NCBI GenBank assembly: GCA_040753015.1
Contig: JBFMHM010000002.1
Coordinates: forward strand, 193,126-257,125
DNA: 64,000 bases
From: Candidatus Omnitrophota bacterium
Lineage (GTDB): Bacteria > Omnitrophota > Gorgyraeia > Gygaellales > JBFMHM01
Reading direction: 5' to 3'
The notes under the pieces were generated by a model. It was not told where the DNA came from, did no database searches, and saw only the letters and a program-made list of their open reading frames with translations. Shown in pieces: positions 10,325 to 20,905 of the stretch (position 1 is the first letter of the stretch; the number at the start of each line of letters is the position of its first letter). The position numbers were made by a program, and so were the translations under genes.

Positions 10325-13222
10325 TTATTTTACGCTTGGACAAATTTGGTTATAGGCACAATATTTGCACGCCATAAAAGTAGGGTTTGCCTCAAAATCC
10401 CCCTCTCTTATTTTTATGGCGACTTCGTTAATTTTTTCTTTTGCTTCATCTATATCTTCACCGGTTTTTATATCAGAACCAATTAAGCCTGGTTCTAAAA
10501 AATGAAGCTCAACTCGTTTCGGCAATTTGCCAAAAATATTTTTATAGGCTAAACTATAAATTACAAGCTGTAAAGATTCTCTGGCTTTTTTATCAGCATC
10601 TTTTTGCGTTTTTACTTCTGATGATTTAAAATCAACAATTACAGCATCATCACCTTCTAAGTCTAGCCTATCCCACCTACCAGAAATACGATTATTTCCT
10701 AAGGCAAACGAAAAAGGTTTTTCGATAAATGCAGGAAGTTTTTGTGATGTTTTTTCATCATTAAAAAAGCGCTCAATAGCCAACTTCCCCGTTTTAAGGC
10801 GTTCCTCATAATGCTCTTTTGAAATAAACCCTTCACTCTCAAATAAACTCTCAAAAGTATTTAATAATTCTTCTCGGGATAAATTTTCACCCATTAATTT
10901 ATAAGAATAATATTTTTGTACTGCATCGTGCAAAGCCTTTCCATAAATAACTGCGTGGTGTTGCATAATTGGAATATGCAAAATATGTACATATTTATAT
11001 TTTAATGGACAAGTTGAGTAATCATCAATTTTGTAATAACTTAAATCTAAAACCTTATCATCTTTAATCCTTGTCTTCTTTAGTATGATTTTTTGTGGTT
11101 CTTTAAAACGCTCAATCATATCAATAGAAGTAGATTTTTTTGCCTTTGGCTCATCCTTAATCTCAAGTGCTTCATAAATGAATGGGCTTATCTTCCTAAC
11201 CGACTTTCCACCGCAATCAAAGCTCGAGGTAAAGTATAATTCTTTTTTTGCACGTGTCATTCCTACATAAAATAAACGCCTTTCCTCCTGTAAATGAAAC
11301 TCACCTTTTGTTTGTACATCTTTAATTAATTCCTCCGGCAATTCAAGCGTATTTTTCCTCTTTATAACAGGAAATTTTCCCTGTACCAAATCTACTAAAA
11401 ATACGGCATCAAACTCTAGCCCTTTTGCTTTATGTATTGTAAATATATTTACCGCCTGAATATCTAAATCTGCCTCGGCAGTCTCTGGATCACTACCTGC
11501 TTCAATTAATAAATCAAGATATTGCACAAAATAAAGTACTCTATCTTCTTTAGCAATATTCTCAAAATTTTGTACAAACTCAAAAAATTTTGCTAAGTTT
11601 TGAATTTTTACCTCATTCTCCAATGATTGAGTTTTTACTAGAGTTTTTAGGTATTTTGTTTCATCTAAAAAAGAATACAAAAGTCTACCTGTTGTAATCT
11701 CTATCGAGCGCTTTAAAAATTTATTAATATCACTTGTAAAATAACTTATTTTATCCCGCTTTTCATTTTCAATTACGCTATTTAATTCTTCAATAATTCC
11801 TAAATTTTCTAAAACATAAAACAGACTTCTATTTTGCCGTTTTGCATAATGCATACAACTGCTTAGAATTTTTATTGGTAATTGATAAATCGAACTAGTT
11901 GCTAAATAATATAGACTGAGTGAATCATCAATATCTGCCATAACCCTTAAGAAATTAATACAAAGGCGTATTTCTTCTTTTTGATATAGGCCGAAATTAC
12001 CGCTAAACCGCCAAGGAATATCTTGCATGTTTAGTGCGCGAATATAATTATCCGCGCTAGCATTAGACCTGACTAAAATTGCACAATCATTGTATTCGTA
12101 TTTTTTTTCTTTAACCCAGCCCTTAATTGTTTTTGCAACATAATCTGCTTCGGAAGAAATATTATCAAACTGCATATGAACTGGCGGATTGCCCTCTTTA
12201 TCAACTAGCGAAACTAAACGTTTATCAATATTGCTCTTTACTTCAAAACGTTCAGGATTATTATTTTGAATAAGTTTATAAGCAGCATCTAAAATTTTTT
12301 GGCTAGACCGATAATTTTGAACAAGGGAAATTTTTTGCGCATCTTTGTATTCTTCAATAAAATTAAACATATTACTATATGCAGCGCCGCGCCATCTATA
12401 GATGCACTGATCATCGTCACTGACGGTTGTGATATTCTTACTTTTGCCAGCTAAGAGCTTTATTAATTCAAATTGGGAAAGGTTAGTATCTTGGAATTCA
12501 TCGACTAAAATATACTTAAATTGTTCCTGGTACTTTTTTAAAACAAGTGGCCTTTTACGAAGAAGCTCTAAGGCTAAATAAAATTGATTTGCGAAATCTA
12601 ATTTTGATTCTTTTAAAAGAAGTTCTTGATATTTTTTATAACAGGCGGCGATCTCTTCTTGCGAAGATATTTTTTCTAAAACTTCACGGTCTTGGCTTTG
12701 TGCTTGTTTTAATCTTTCCACAAAATAAACATAATCATCTATGCTAATGTTTTCATCTTTTGCACGGCTAAACAGATCAAGGAGTGCCTCAATAAAACGC
12801 GTAGGATCAGATAATGGACGGTAAAATTTAAGATTAAACTCAAAAAGATGTTCACGGAAAAAAACAACCGCTTCTGGCCGGGTTAAGACTTGAAAATCCG
12901 GGCTTAAACCTAATTCTGTAGAATATTCTCTCAATATTTTGTCGCCCAAGGCATGAAAAGTTGAAATCCAAATATCCGTATAACCGTAAGGCACAAGCAT
13001 ATCAACTCTTTCTTGCATTTGGCGTGCTGCCTTATCAGTGAATGTAAGCGCCAATATTTCATTCGGCAAGGCGAGTTTTTGTTCAATCAACCAAGCAATT
13101 CTACGAGTAATTACGGTAGTTTTACCAGTTCCAGCACCAGCAATAATTAACAATGGGCCATTTTTATGGGTTACGGCTTTTATTTGTTCTTGATTCAAAT
13201 TTTCTAAAACATTATCCGGCAT
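10325..13222 (-). CDS. UvrD/PcrA-type helicase fused to a C-terminal PD-(D/E)XK nuclease
   Basis: AGAGTGKT, VDEFQD, QNYRS, TIHKAKGLEF, EERRLFYVGMTRA; then GRWDRLD/VDFKS and four Cys (CPLKY...CKYC...C). Confidence 0.9.
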   Translation of the reverse strand: MPDNVLENLNQEQIKAVTHKNGPLLIIAGAGTGKTTVITRRIAWLIEQKLALPNEILALTFTDKAARQMQERVDMLVPYGYTDIWISTFHALGDKILREYSTELGLSPDFQVLTRPEAVVFFREHLFEFNLKFYRPLSDPTRFIEALLDLFSRAKDENISIDDYVYFVERLKQAQSQDREVLEKISSQEEIAACYKKYQELLLKESKLDFANQFYLALELLRKRPLVLKKYQEQFKYILVDEFQDTNLSQFELIKLLAGKSKNITTVSDDDQCIYRWRGAAYSNMFNFIEEYKDAQKISLVQNYRSSQKILDAAYKLIQNNNPERFEVKSNIDKRLVSLVDKEGNPPVHMQFDNISSEADYVAKTIKGWVKEKKYEYNDCAILVRSNASADNYIRALNMQDIPWRFSGNFGLYQKEEIRLCINFLRVMADIDDSLSLYYLATSSIYQLPIKILSSCMHYAKRQNRSLFYVLENLGIIEELNSVIENEKRDKISYFTSDINKFLKRSIEITTGRLLYSFLDETKYLKTLVKTQSLENEVKIQNLAKFFEFVQNFENIAKEDRVLYFVQYLDLLIEAGSDPETAEADLDIQAVNIFTIHKAKGLEFDAVFLVDLVQGKFPVIKRKNTLELPEELIKDVQTKGEFHLQEERRLFYVGMTRAKKELYFTSSFDCGGKSVRKISPFIYEALEIKDEPKAKKSTSIDMIERFKEPQKIILKKTRIKDDKVLDLSYYKIDDYSTCPLKYKYVHILHIPIMQHHAVIYGKALHDAVQKYYSYKLMGENLSREELLNTFESLFESEGFISKEHYEERLKTGKLAIERFFNDEKTSQKLPAFIEKPFSFALGNNRISGRWDRLDLEGDDAVIVDFKSSEVKTQKDADKKARESLQLVIYSLAYKNIFGKLPKRVELHFLEPGLIGSDIKTGEDIDEAKEKINEVAIKIREGDFEANPTFMACKYCAYNQICPSVK

Positions 13223-13228
13223 ATTTTA

Positions 13229-13264
13229 ATTATATCTTGACATTTTTACATTTTCAACTATACT
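13229..13264. promoter_or_regulatory. Overlapping divergent sigma70 promoters (helicase-nuclease / rpmB)
   Basis: Minus strand TTGAAA(13257-13252)-17-TATAAT(13234-13229); plus strand TTGACA(13237-13242)-16-TATACT(13259-13264). Confidence 0.65.
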
Positions 13265-13290
13265 TATAATTTATTAACCAAAGGAAAAAC

Positions 13291-13518
13291 ATGTCAAAAA
13301 GTTGCATATCTTGCGGAAAAACCTATCAAAAAGGTATGAATGTTAGCCGAAAAGGCCAATATAAAGCAAAAGGTGGTACTGGCAGTAAAATAAGCCGTAG
13401 GACAAAACGTTTCTTTTTACCAAATTTGCAACATATCAAAGCTGCAATAAACGGCGTAGTAAAGAAAGTTTATGTTTGCACCCGTTGCCTTAAAGCTAAC
13501 AAAATAAAAAAAGCCTGA
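13291..13518 (+). CDS. rpmB: 50S ribosomal protein L28 (CxxC...CxxC form)
   Basis: CISCGK...TKRFFLPNLQ...VCTRCLKA. Confidence 0.94.
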   Translation: MSKSCISCGKTYQKGMNVSRKGQYKAKGGTGSKISRRTKRFFLPNLQHIKAAINGVVKKVYVCTRCLKANKIKKA

Positions 13519-13520
13519 AT

Positions 13521-15191
13521 TCAACCCCTAAGATCTTCTAGATTCATCTGAATCTGTGGCCGACCGCCCCAATTATCTATAGATGGATAATAGGCTATAT
13601 CTATTTTTTTTGCCTCTGTTAACAAGCCTAATAAATCTTTTTTACCGAATCCCAAAACAGAGTAAGTGAACTTCCCATCAGTAACCCAGAATTTTAATGT
13701 ATCCCTGGCTAAAACAACCGGTTTTGCCTTTAACCGCAAACCATATGTCACAAACAGCGGCCTTGGATTTCCTGCGCCATATGGCGAAAAACTATCCAGC
13801 TCTTTAATCATCTTTTGATTTATATCCCCTAGATCAACCTCAGCATCAATATCAATTTGCGGTATTAAATCTGTATCTAATAACATATCTTTCGCAATGC
13901 GATTTATTGAATCTCGAAAATCGGAAATCTTTTCTCTTCTTATATCTAAACCCGCCGCATGAGCATGTCCGCCAAACCCTTCTAAATGATGGCTGCAGCC
14001 GTGCAAGGCATTCAACATATGAAATTTTTTAATCGAACGTGCGGACCCGCGACCTCTTAAATCATCTAAGGAAATAATTATTGTCGGCCGATAAAATCTC
14101 TCTGCAATACGCGATGCGATAATTCCTAAAACTCCTCTATGCCAGCCGTCTTTTGCAACAACAATTATTCTACGATCACAAAAATTAACCTCCTGTTCAA
14201 TAAGCATAAGTGCCTCTTCTAAAATTTTTGATTCAATTTTCTGGCGAGCCTGGTTATGCTTCTCTAATTCTTTAGCAATTTCTCTTGCTTGATCAGCATC
14301 ATCGGAAATTAAAAGCCTGAATGAAACTTCTGGAGAATCAATCCTCCCTGATGCATTAAGCCGCGGACCTATAATATAACTAATATAACCAGTGTTCATC
14401 TTATTTATATCGATGCGTGTTTCTTCAAACAACGCCTTAAGCCCTTCTTTTTGAGTTTCCCTTAAAAATTTAAGGCCTTCCTGCACAATAACTCTATTTT
14501 CTTCAATCAAAGGCATAACATCGCTTACCGTGCCTAAACAAACTAAATCCAGATACTCTTTTAATAGTTTATTTGTAAGAGCTTGGGCAAATTTAAATGT
14601 GACACCAACACCGGCTAGATAATCTAAATGTTTTTCTTTCAATTTCGGATTTACAATTGCAGCCGCATCTGGCAAGATCTTTAAAGGTGAGTGATGATCA
14701 ATAACAACAGTATCAATACCTGCATCCTTCAATGCTTTTATTTCATCAATATTACTTGTGCCGCAATCTAAGGTAATAACCAAATTAACATTTTTTTCTA
14801 TCGCAAATTTTACAATCTTTTTATTTAAACCATAACCATCATTGACTCGATGAGGTAAATAATGAATAACATTAAACCCTTCTTTTATGAGTAAAGACTT
14901 GAGCAAGACAACCGAAGTTATACCATCTACATCATAATCTCCAAATAAAAGTATAAGCTCGTTGCATCCTTTTGCCATTAAAACTCTCTCTACTGCCTCT
15001 TTCATACCAGCAATATCAAAAGGAGAGCTTAAATGAGAGAAATCGGATTTTAAAAATCTATTTATTTTTTCCGAAGAATCAATACCTCGATTTATCAAAA
15101 CTTGCGCGCTGATTAAAGATAAATTACATTGGAAAGCTAATTTCTTAGCTTTTTCTTGATTAGGATTTACAATATTCCATGTTTTTTGCAT
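13521..15191 (-). CDS. recJ: Single-stranded-DNA exonuclease RecJ
   Basis: GDYDVDG, TLDCG, IDHH, PRLNASGR, GGHAHAAG motifs. Confidence 0.96.
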   Translation of the reverse strand: MQKTWNIVNPNQEKAKKLAFQCNLSLISAQVLINRGIDSSEKINRFLKSDFSHLSSPFDIAGMKEAVERVLMAKGCNELILLFGDYDVDGITSVVLLKSLLIKEGFNVIHYLPHRVNDGYGLNKKIVKFAIEKNVNLVITLDCGTSNIDEIKALKDAGIDTVVIDHHSPLKILPDAAAIVNPKLKEKHLDYLAGVGVTFKFAQALTNKLLKEYLDLVCLGTVSDVMPLIEENRVIVQEGLKFLRETQKEGLKALFEETRIDINKMNTGYISYIIGPRLNASGRIDSPEVSFRLLISDDADQAREIAKELEKHNQARQKIESKILEEALMLIEQEVNFCDRRIIVVAKDGWHRGVLGIIASRIAERFYRPTIIISLDDLRGRGSARSIKKFHMLNALHGCSHHLEGFGGHAHAAGLDIRREKISDFRDSINRIAKDMLLDTDLIPQIDIDAEVDLGDINQKMIKELDSFSPYGAGNPRPLFVTYGLRLKAKPVVLARDTLKFWVTDGKFTYSVLGFGKKDLLGLLTEAKKIDIAYYPSIDNWGGRPQIQMNLEDLRG

Positions 15192-15205
15192 ATGCTAAAT
15201 AAAAA

Positions 15206-16882
15206 CTACATCTCTTCGGGAGCTGAGATATTTATCAACTTAAGTCCTGTATTTAGGACAGTTTTTGTTGCTAAGATTAAGGCAAGGCGCGCCTTGGTAA
15301 GCCCGGTATCATCAGTTAATACCTTATGCTGGTCATAAAAACGATGAAAGCTCGTTGCAAGATTTAATAAATAACCAGTTACAGGGTAAGGATCTAGAAT
15401 TTTTGTGCAAAAATCTAAAATATAAGGAAAATGAAATAAATTTTTTATGAGCAAAATTTCTTCTTCAGACTTTAATAAACTAAAATCAATTTGTTTTATA
15501 AATCTTTTATCAATTCTTAAATCTTGTGATTTTTTTAATATGCTTGCAATTCTTGCATGTGCATATTGTATATAATAAACAGGATTTTCGCTTGATTGTT
15601 TCTTAGCAAGCTCTAGGTCAAAATCTAGATGGCTTGAGACTCTTCTTGATATAAGAAAAAAATGTGAAACGTCTTTACCGACTTCATCTAATAGCTGCCG
15701 TAATGTTACATATTTGGCCTGGCGGGTTGACATTGAAACAATCTCGCCTTTATGTTTCAATGTAACAAGCTGAGCAATTAAAATAGATATGCTATCTTTA
15801 GATTTACCAAAAGCGCAAACGCTAGCAACAATCCTAGGAATATAACCATGATGATCAGGCCCCCAGATATTAATAAGCCAGTTAAAACCCCGTTTATATT
15901 TATCTTGGTGGTATGCGATATCAGGTGATAGATATGTTAAGCTACGATCACTTTTTACTAATACTCTATCTTTGTCATCACCAAAAGCACTAGATTTAAA
16001 CCATACTGCACCGTCTGAATCATAAACAAAACCTTTTTTCCTTAATTCTTTAAATGCTTTTTCAATCTTACCCGATTCTTCTAATCTTTTTTGGCTATAC
16101 CAATTATCAAATTTAATATCAAAATCTCTAAGGTCTTTTTTTATCATACCCATAATATAATCTAATCCAATTTGCATAAAATCTTCTGTCTTAGATACCT
16201 TGAGTTTATTTTCTATTATCATCCGCGCAATATCATATATATACTCACCTTGATAACCATTTTCTGGGAAAGTAACCGCCTCGCCTTTCAATTCTTTAAA
16301 CCGTAGTTCAATCGATAAACCAAGAATTTTCATTTGATTACCGAAATCATTAAGATAATATTCTTTCTTAATATTATACCCCAGAAATTCAAAAATATTG
16401 CTAAGACTGCTGCCAATAGCGGCTTGCCTTGCATGAGCTATAGAGAGTGGGCCGGTTGGATTTGCACTAACAAATTCTAATAAAATTTTTTTTGATTTAT
16501 TAATCTTGTTTGGACGGCCAAATTGATCTTTTGAAATAATAATTTCGCTTAAAATATCGCTTAAAAATCCTCTTGTCACGAAAAAATTTATAAAACCTGG
16601 CTGCGCTATTTCAATTTTTTCAATCTTCTTAGAAATAGCAGACAATTTTATCTTTTTCTCTAAATCATCTGCTATTTGACGCGCCAAAATCATAGGGGCT
16701 ATTTTTCTTACATGGCAAAATTGCATAGCAACATTTGAAGACAAATCCCCAAACTTTGAGTCTTTTGGTATCTCAAGACTTAAAGAAGCCGAATTAACTT
16801 CAATTTCTAAACTATCTAATGTCTTTTTTAATAATAAAATTAATAATTCTTTGAAATTATGACAGCTTAACTGTTTTTGCAT
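15206..16882 (-). CDS. argS: Arginine--tRNA ligase
   Basis: EFVSANPTGPL, WGPDHHGY, NPVYYIQYAHAR, terminal APEEM. Confidence 0.97.
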   Translation of the reverse strand: MQKQLSCHNFKELLILLLKKTLDSLEIEVNSASLSLEIPKDSKFGDLSSNVAMQFCHVRKIAPMILARQIADDLEKKIKLSAISKKIEKIEIAQPGFINFFVTRGFLSDILSEIIISKDQFGRPNKINKSKKILLEFVSANPTGPLSIAHARQAAIGSSLSNIFEFLGYNIKKEYYLNDFGNQMKILGLSIELRFKELKGEAVTFPENGYQGEYIYDIARMIIENKLKVSKTEDFMQIGLDYIMGMIKKDLRDFDIKFDNWYSQKRLEESGKIEKAFKELRKKGFVYDSDGAVWFKSSAFGDDKDRVLVKSDRSLTYLSPDIAYHQDKYKRGFNWLINIWGPDHHGYIPRIVASVCAFGKSKDSISILIAQLVTLKHKGEIVSMSTRQAKYVTLRQLLDEVGKDVSHFFLISRRVSSHLDFDLELAKKQSSENPVYYIQYAHARIASILKKSQDLRIDKRFIKQIDFSLLKSEEEILLIKNLFHFPYILDFCTKILDPYPVTGYLLNLATSFHRFYDQHKVLTDDTGLTKARLALILATKTVLNTGLKLINISAPEEM

Positions 16883-17210
16883 CAGACCAAAGCCTTTCTA
16901 AATCATAAAATTTTCTTGCCTCAGATGAAAAAATATGAACCATTATATCCATCGTATCAACGAGAAGCCAGCCGCTATCTTGCTTACCTTCTTGAGCCCT
17001 TACAGGAATATTATTTTTCTCCAATTCTTCAACTATTGAATCTGCTATTGCACGCAGCTGACGTCCAGACTCTCCTTCGACAATCACAAAATAGTCACAA
17101 AAATTAGAGATTTTTCTCATATCAAGAATTGCAGGATTCAAAGCTTTTTTATCCTTTGCTATACTTAATATAAACATCGCCTTATGCTTAGAATCGGTTA
17201 ATTTTTTGAT
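16857..17210 (-). CDS. rsfS: Ribosome silencing factor (start probably ATC at 17210; first ATG at 17177)
   Basis: DKKA, DYFVI, WLLVD..DIMVHIF, RKFYDLERLW motifs. Confidence 0.92.
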   Translation of the reverse strand: MKKLTDSKHKAMFILSIAKDKKALNPAILDMRKISNFCDYFVIVEGESGRQLRAIADSIVEELEKNNIPVRAQEGKQDSGWLLVDTMDIMVHIFSSEARKFYDLERLWSDAKTVKLS

Positions 17211-17223
17211 AGCTCGCTCCTTT

Positions 17224-18225
17224 TTAAAATTTTGATGTTTCTTCTATTTCACCAACAATCTCTTCAATTAAATCCTCTAAAGTGACCATACCACAGGTTT
17301 TATTATTTTTATCAACGACGGTTGCAATTTGAATTTTCATCCTTTGAAAATCACGAAGCAGCTCATTGACCCGTTTTTCTTGCGGAACAGAATATATTGT
17401 ATTAATTAAATCTGTAACATGAAACAACTCTTTATCTTGCAAGACATAGATTAGATCGCGAGAATGGATTACTCCTACAATATTCTCTCTTACTTGAGTA
17501 TAAACGGGAATACGCGAATAACCTTCTTCTGCGAATAATTTAATTAATTGACGGGAATCAGATTTTATATCGACGCAGATCATTTCTTCTAATGGCACCA
17601 TAACTTGAGATACCTTTGTATCGCCAAATTCAAAAATCCGATGCAGCATTTTTCTTTCTTCATCAGTCAACACTCCCTCTTCCTTACCAACTTCAATCAT
17701 TAAACGAAGCTCTTCTTCTGTAATTAGGCTAGAGCGATATGTTTGCGGCAGGCCAAAAAGCCTCAAAATAAAATTACTTATCCCTGTAAAAAATAAAATT
17801 AGCGGCCTCAGAATAAAAACAAATATTTCCATCACTGGCGAAACTGCCAAAGATACTTTTTCACTGTAACGAATAGCAAAGATCTTAGGCGTAATCTCAC
17901 AAAGTATAAGGATTACAAAAGCAACAACAATGGTCGATGTTATCACACCCACTTTTTCGCCAAAAAGTTTTATAAAAATAAATGTTGAAATTGCCGAAAT
18001 TGCAATGTTTACAAAATTATTTCCTACAAGTATTGCCGTCACTAATTTATCTGACTTCATAATTAATCTTTGGATGCTTTTTGAATGCTTAACTTGTTTA
18101 TCAATTAAATGGCGCATACGAATCTTACTTAGAGAAATAAGCGCGGTTTCCGATGCCGAGAGAAATGCCGATACAAGCATAAGCAATAAAATCAATAATA
18201 TTAAAGGCAATAAAATTGTTTCCAT
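17224..18225 (-). CDS. CNNM/DUF21-CBS membrane protein (hemolysin/CorC family), no C-terminal CorC domain seen
   Basis: SASETAL, ILVGNN, CEITPK, YSRIPVY, GMVTLEDLIEEIVGEI. Confidence 0.88.
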   Translation of the reverse strand: METILLPLILLILLLMLVSAFLSASETALISLSKIRMRHLIDKQVKHSKSIQRLIMKSDKLVTAILVGNNFVNIAISAISTFIFIKLFGEKVGVITSTIVVAFVILILCEITPKIFAIRYSEKVSLAVSPVMEIFVFILRPLILFFTGISNFILRLFGLPQTYRSSLITEEELRLMIEVGKEEGVLTDEERKMLHRIFEFGDTKVSQVMVPLEEMICVDIKSDSRQLIKLFAEEGYSRIPVYTQVRENIVGVIHSRDLIYVLQDKELFHVTDLINTIYSVPQEKRVNELLRDFQRMKIQIATVVDKNNKTCGMVTLEDLIEEIVGEIEETSKF

Positions 18226-19643
18226 TATCGTAAAACTGGTATTATTAGTTGTGCTATTTTAAAATAAATAATCAAGCCAACAACGTCAACAACACTTGTA
18301 GTAATAGGCCCGGCTAGAACTGCTGGATCAAGGCCAATTTTCTTAGAAAATAATGGCAGCGCAATACCAGTTAAAATTGCTAAAAGCACTACTGCTGTCA
18401 TTGTAAAACCAACAACTAAAGAAACTGATACATCTTGCTGCAACATTAAAGCGCGAATAAATGCAACTGAACCTACAATTACGCCCATAAATAATGCAGC
18501 CATAACTTCTAATCTCACAACTTTCCAGACATTTTTAAAATCTACGTCACCGGTTGCAAACCCGCGGATTATTGTAATTGCTGTTTGATTTCCGGCATTA
18601 CCACCAGTATCCAAAAGCATTGGAATAAAAAACGTCAAAGCAACTACTGAACTTAACGCATGTTCAAATGTTTTTAATACGGTTCCGGTTAAAAAATCAA
18701 AAGCAAGTAAAACTATAAGCCATCCAGCCCTACGTTTAATTAATTCTCTAACTGTTGTTGTTGCGTAACGAATCTCTTTACCTCCGGCGGCCTCCATCTT
18801 ACCAATTTCATAGATTTCTTTCGTTGACTCCGCCTGAATCAAATCAACAACATCATCAATTGTAATAATACCAATTAGTTGGCTTTGATCATTTACAACT
18901 GGCGCATCTAAAAGATCATATTTGCTAAATTGCCTAGCTACCTCTTTTTCTGGCATATTCATATTTATTTTAATTGATTCAACATCTTCGAATAGATCTT
19001 TAACTAACATATCAGGGGGCGCCATTATAAGTATCTGCAAACTCACACCTCCTAAAAGTTTATGCTCCTCGTCAGTAACAAATACAGAATAAATAGTTCT
19101 TTTAGCTGAATCTGCTTTTTGCTTTTCCTGAAGGACCAGGATTGCGCGGCGCGCAGTCATATCTTTTTTGAGTTCTACAAATTCTGTTGTCATAAGGCTT
19201 CCTGCTGTGCCCTTTTCGAAATTAAGCAAGATTCTCAAGTCATCAATTTCTTCTTTTTTCATTACAGAAAAAAGTTTTTTTGAAACCCTTTGAGGAAGCT
19301 CCTTAAAAAGGTTTGCCCGTTCATCAGAAGCCATATCGTTTAAGATTGGAGCAATCTCGGCATTTCCCAAATTATTTAGAAGAAACGATTGTTCTTTAAA
19401 ATTGAGGTCCTCAAATACCTCAATCGCCTTACGAATAGTCAAAAGCCTAAATAACAAAATTTTCTCTTGTGCTTCCAATTTATTCCAGTTTTCTGCGATA
19501 TCAATTGAATGGATTTTCTTAAGAATATCTTTTAACTGCAGAAAACTTTTATTTAAAAGCGCTTCTTTTATTTCCGGCAAAAATAAAGCAAAAGTATTTA
19601 TCCGGCCATTCCTATAAGTTTTGGTTTTTTCTAAGACAGGCAT
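18225..19643 (-). CDS. mgtE: Magnesium transporter MgtE
   Basis: TAGSLMT, CBS pair, GIITIDD, TGGNAGNQ, DPAVLAGPITTSVVD. Confidence 0.94.
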   Translation of the reverse strand: MPVLEKTKTYRNGRINTFALFLPEIKEALLNKSFLQLKDILKKIHSIDIAENWNKLEAQEKILLFRLLTIRKAIEVFEDLNFKEQSFLLNNLGNAEIAPILNDMASDERANLFKELPQRVSKKLFSVMKKEEIDDLRILLNFEKGTAGSLMTTEFVELKKDMTARRAILVLQEKQKADSAKRTIYSVFVTDEEHKLLGGVSLQILIMAPPDMLVKDLFEDVESIKINMNMPEKEVARQFSKYDLLDAPVVNDQSQLIGIITIDDVVDLIQAESTKEIYEIGKMEAAGGKEIRYATTTVRELIKRRAGWLIVLLAFDFLTGTVLKTFEHALSSVVALTFFIPMLLDTGGNAGNQTAITIIRGFATGDVDFKNVWKVVRLEVMAALFMGVIVGSVAFIRALMLQQDVSVSLVVGFTMTAVVLLAILTGIALPLFSKKIGLDPAVLAGPITTSVVDVVGLIIYFKIAQLIIPVLR

Positions 19644-20905
19644 AATATTGATTGTTTAATTTTGTCTTCCTCGCTAACTTTCCCGATAAAACTCAAAGAT
19701 AGATTATCCTTTAAAAATACCGAATTTGCAAGCTCTCTTAAATTTTCGCGTTTAATCTTTGAAAGTTTAGCTATAATTTCTTTTAAAGTATATATTTTAT
19801 TTAAAGAGACAGTTTGTTCCCCAATCCAAAACATATTATCAAGCGTATCCTCTAACGACAAACTAAGCTGGCCAATAAAAAAATCTTTTGCCCGCTTAAA
19901 TTCATCGTCGGTTACTAAATCTTTTTTAATTCTATTTAGTTCTTCCAAAATTACCCTTACAGCATCGACTGTTTTGTTGTTATCAATTCCAGCGTGAACA
20001 ATGAATGCCCCGCTATCTCTAAATTTTCTAACTTGAGTGCCAATTTCATAGGCAAGGCCGCGTTTTTCTCTTACCTCGTTAAATAAACGGCTAGACATAT
20101 TTGCCCCTAAGATTATATGTAAAAGTGAAGCAATAAATTTCCTTTGGTCACAATTTGACACGGAATGAAAACCAATTGCTAAATGCCCTTGCGCAGTATC
20201 TTTGTTTAAAATGTTAAAAACCGGCGCTTTTTGTGAATTTTTAAATTCTAAAAAAGTATTCTTAGTAGATTTTTTAAAATTGCCAAAAATATCTTCAATT
20301 TTATTTACTAATTCTTTATGCTTAATTTTACCGCTTGCAGAAATTATTAAATTTGATGGAGTATAAAATGTATCTATGAAATTTTTAAGATCGCCTGAAT
20401 TTATTTTGCTTACAGTTTCAAATGTACCAGCTAAATTAAACCCTAGAGGGTGCTTTGGCCAGATAAGCTCATCCAAAAGCTCATGAACATAGGCTTGGGG
20501 CAGGTCGCGGTACATCTTTATTTCTTCTAAAATCACAAATCTTTCTTTATCAACTTCCTCTTGCTTTAAGCTTGGGCAAGTTACCATCTCGCTTAAAACA
20601 TTCAAAGCAATTTTTAAAAATTTGGAGGGAATTTTGATAAAATAGCAAGTATGCTCTTGGGCTGTCATTGCATTAAGCGCCCCTCCTACACCTTCAATTG
20701 ACTCTTTAATTTTATTACAAGAATAACTTTTTGTGCCCTTAAATACTAGGTGTTCTAAAAAATGCGCAATGCCATTATTATCTTTATTTTCATAACGGCC
20801 GCCGGCTTTAATCCAAATCCCAAGCGATACAGAATCACGCTTTGGCAGGCTATGCGTAACAACAGTTAAACCATTTTTTAAAATTGTTTTTTGATAATCC
20901 ATCAA
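19631..20905 (-). CDS. M16 family zinc peptidase
   Basis: Inverted zinc motif HFLEH; SSRLFNEVREKRGLAY. Confidence 0.92.
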   Translation of the reverse strand: MMDYQKTILKNGLTVVTHSLPKRDSVSLGIWIKAGGRYENKDNNGIAHFLEHLVFKGTKSYSCNKIKESIEGVGGALNAMTAQEHTCYFIKIPSKFLKIALNVLSEMVTCPSLKQEEVDKERFVILEEIKMYRDLPQAYVHELLDELIWPKHPLGFNLAGTFETVSKINSGDLKNFIDTFYTPSNLIISASGKIKHKELVNKIEDIFGNFKKSTKNTFLEFKNSQKAPVFNILNKDTAQGHLAIGFHSVSNCDQRKFIASLLHIILGANMSSRLFNEVREKRGLAYEIGTQVRKFRDSGAFIVHAGIDNNKTVDAVRVILEELNRIKKDLVTDDEFKRAKDFFIGQLSLSLEDTLDNMFWIGEQTVSLNKIYTLKEIIAKLSKIKRENLRELANSVFLKDNLSLSFIGKVSEEDKIKQSILCLS

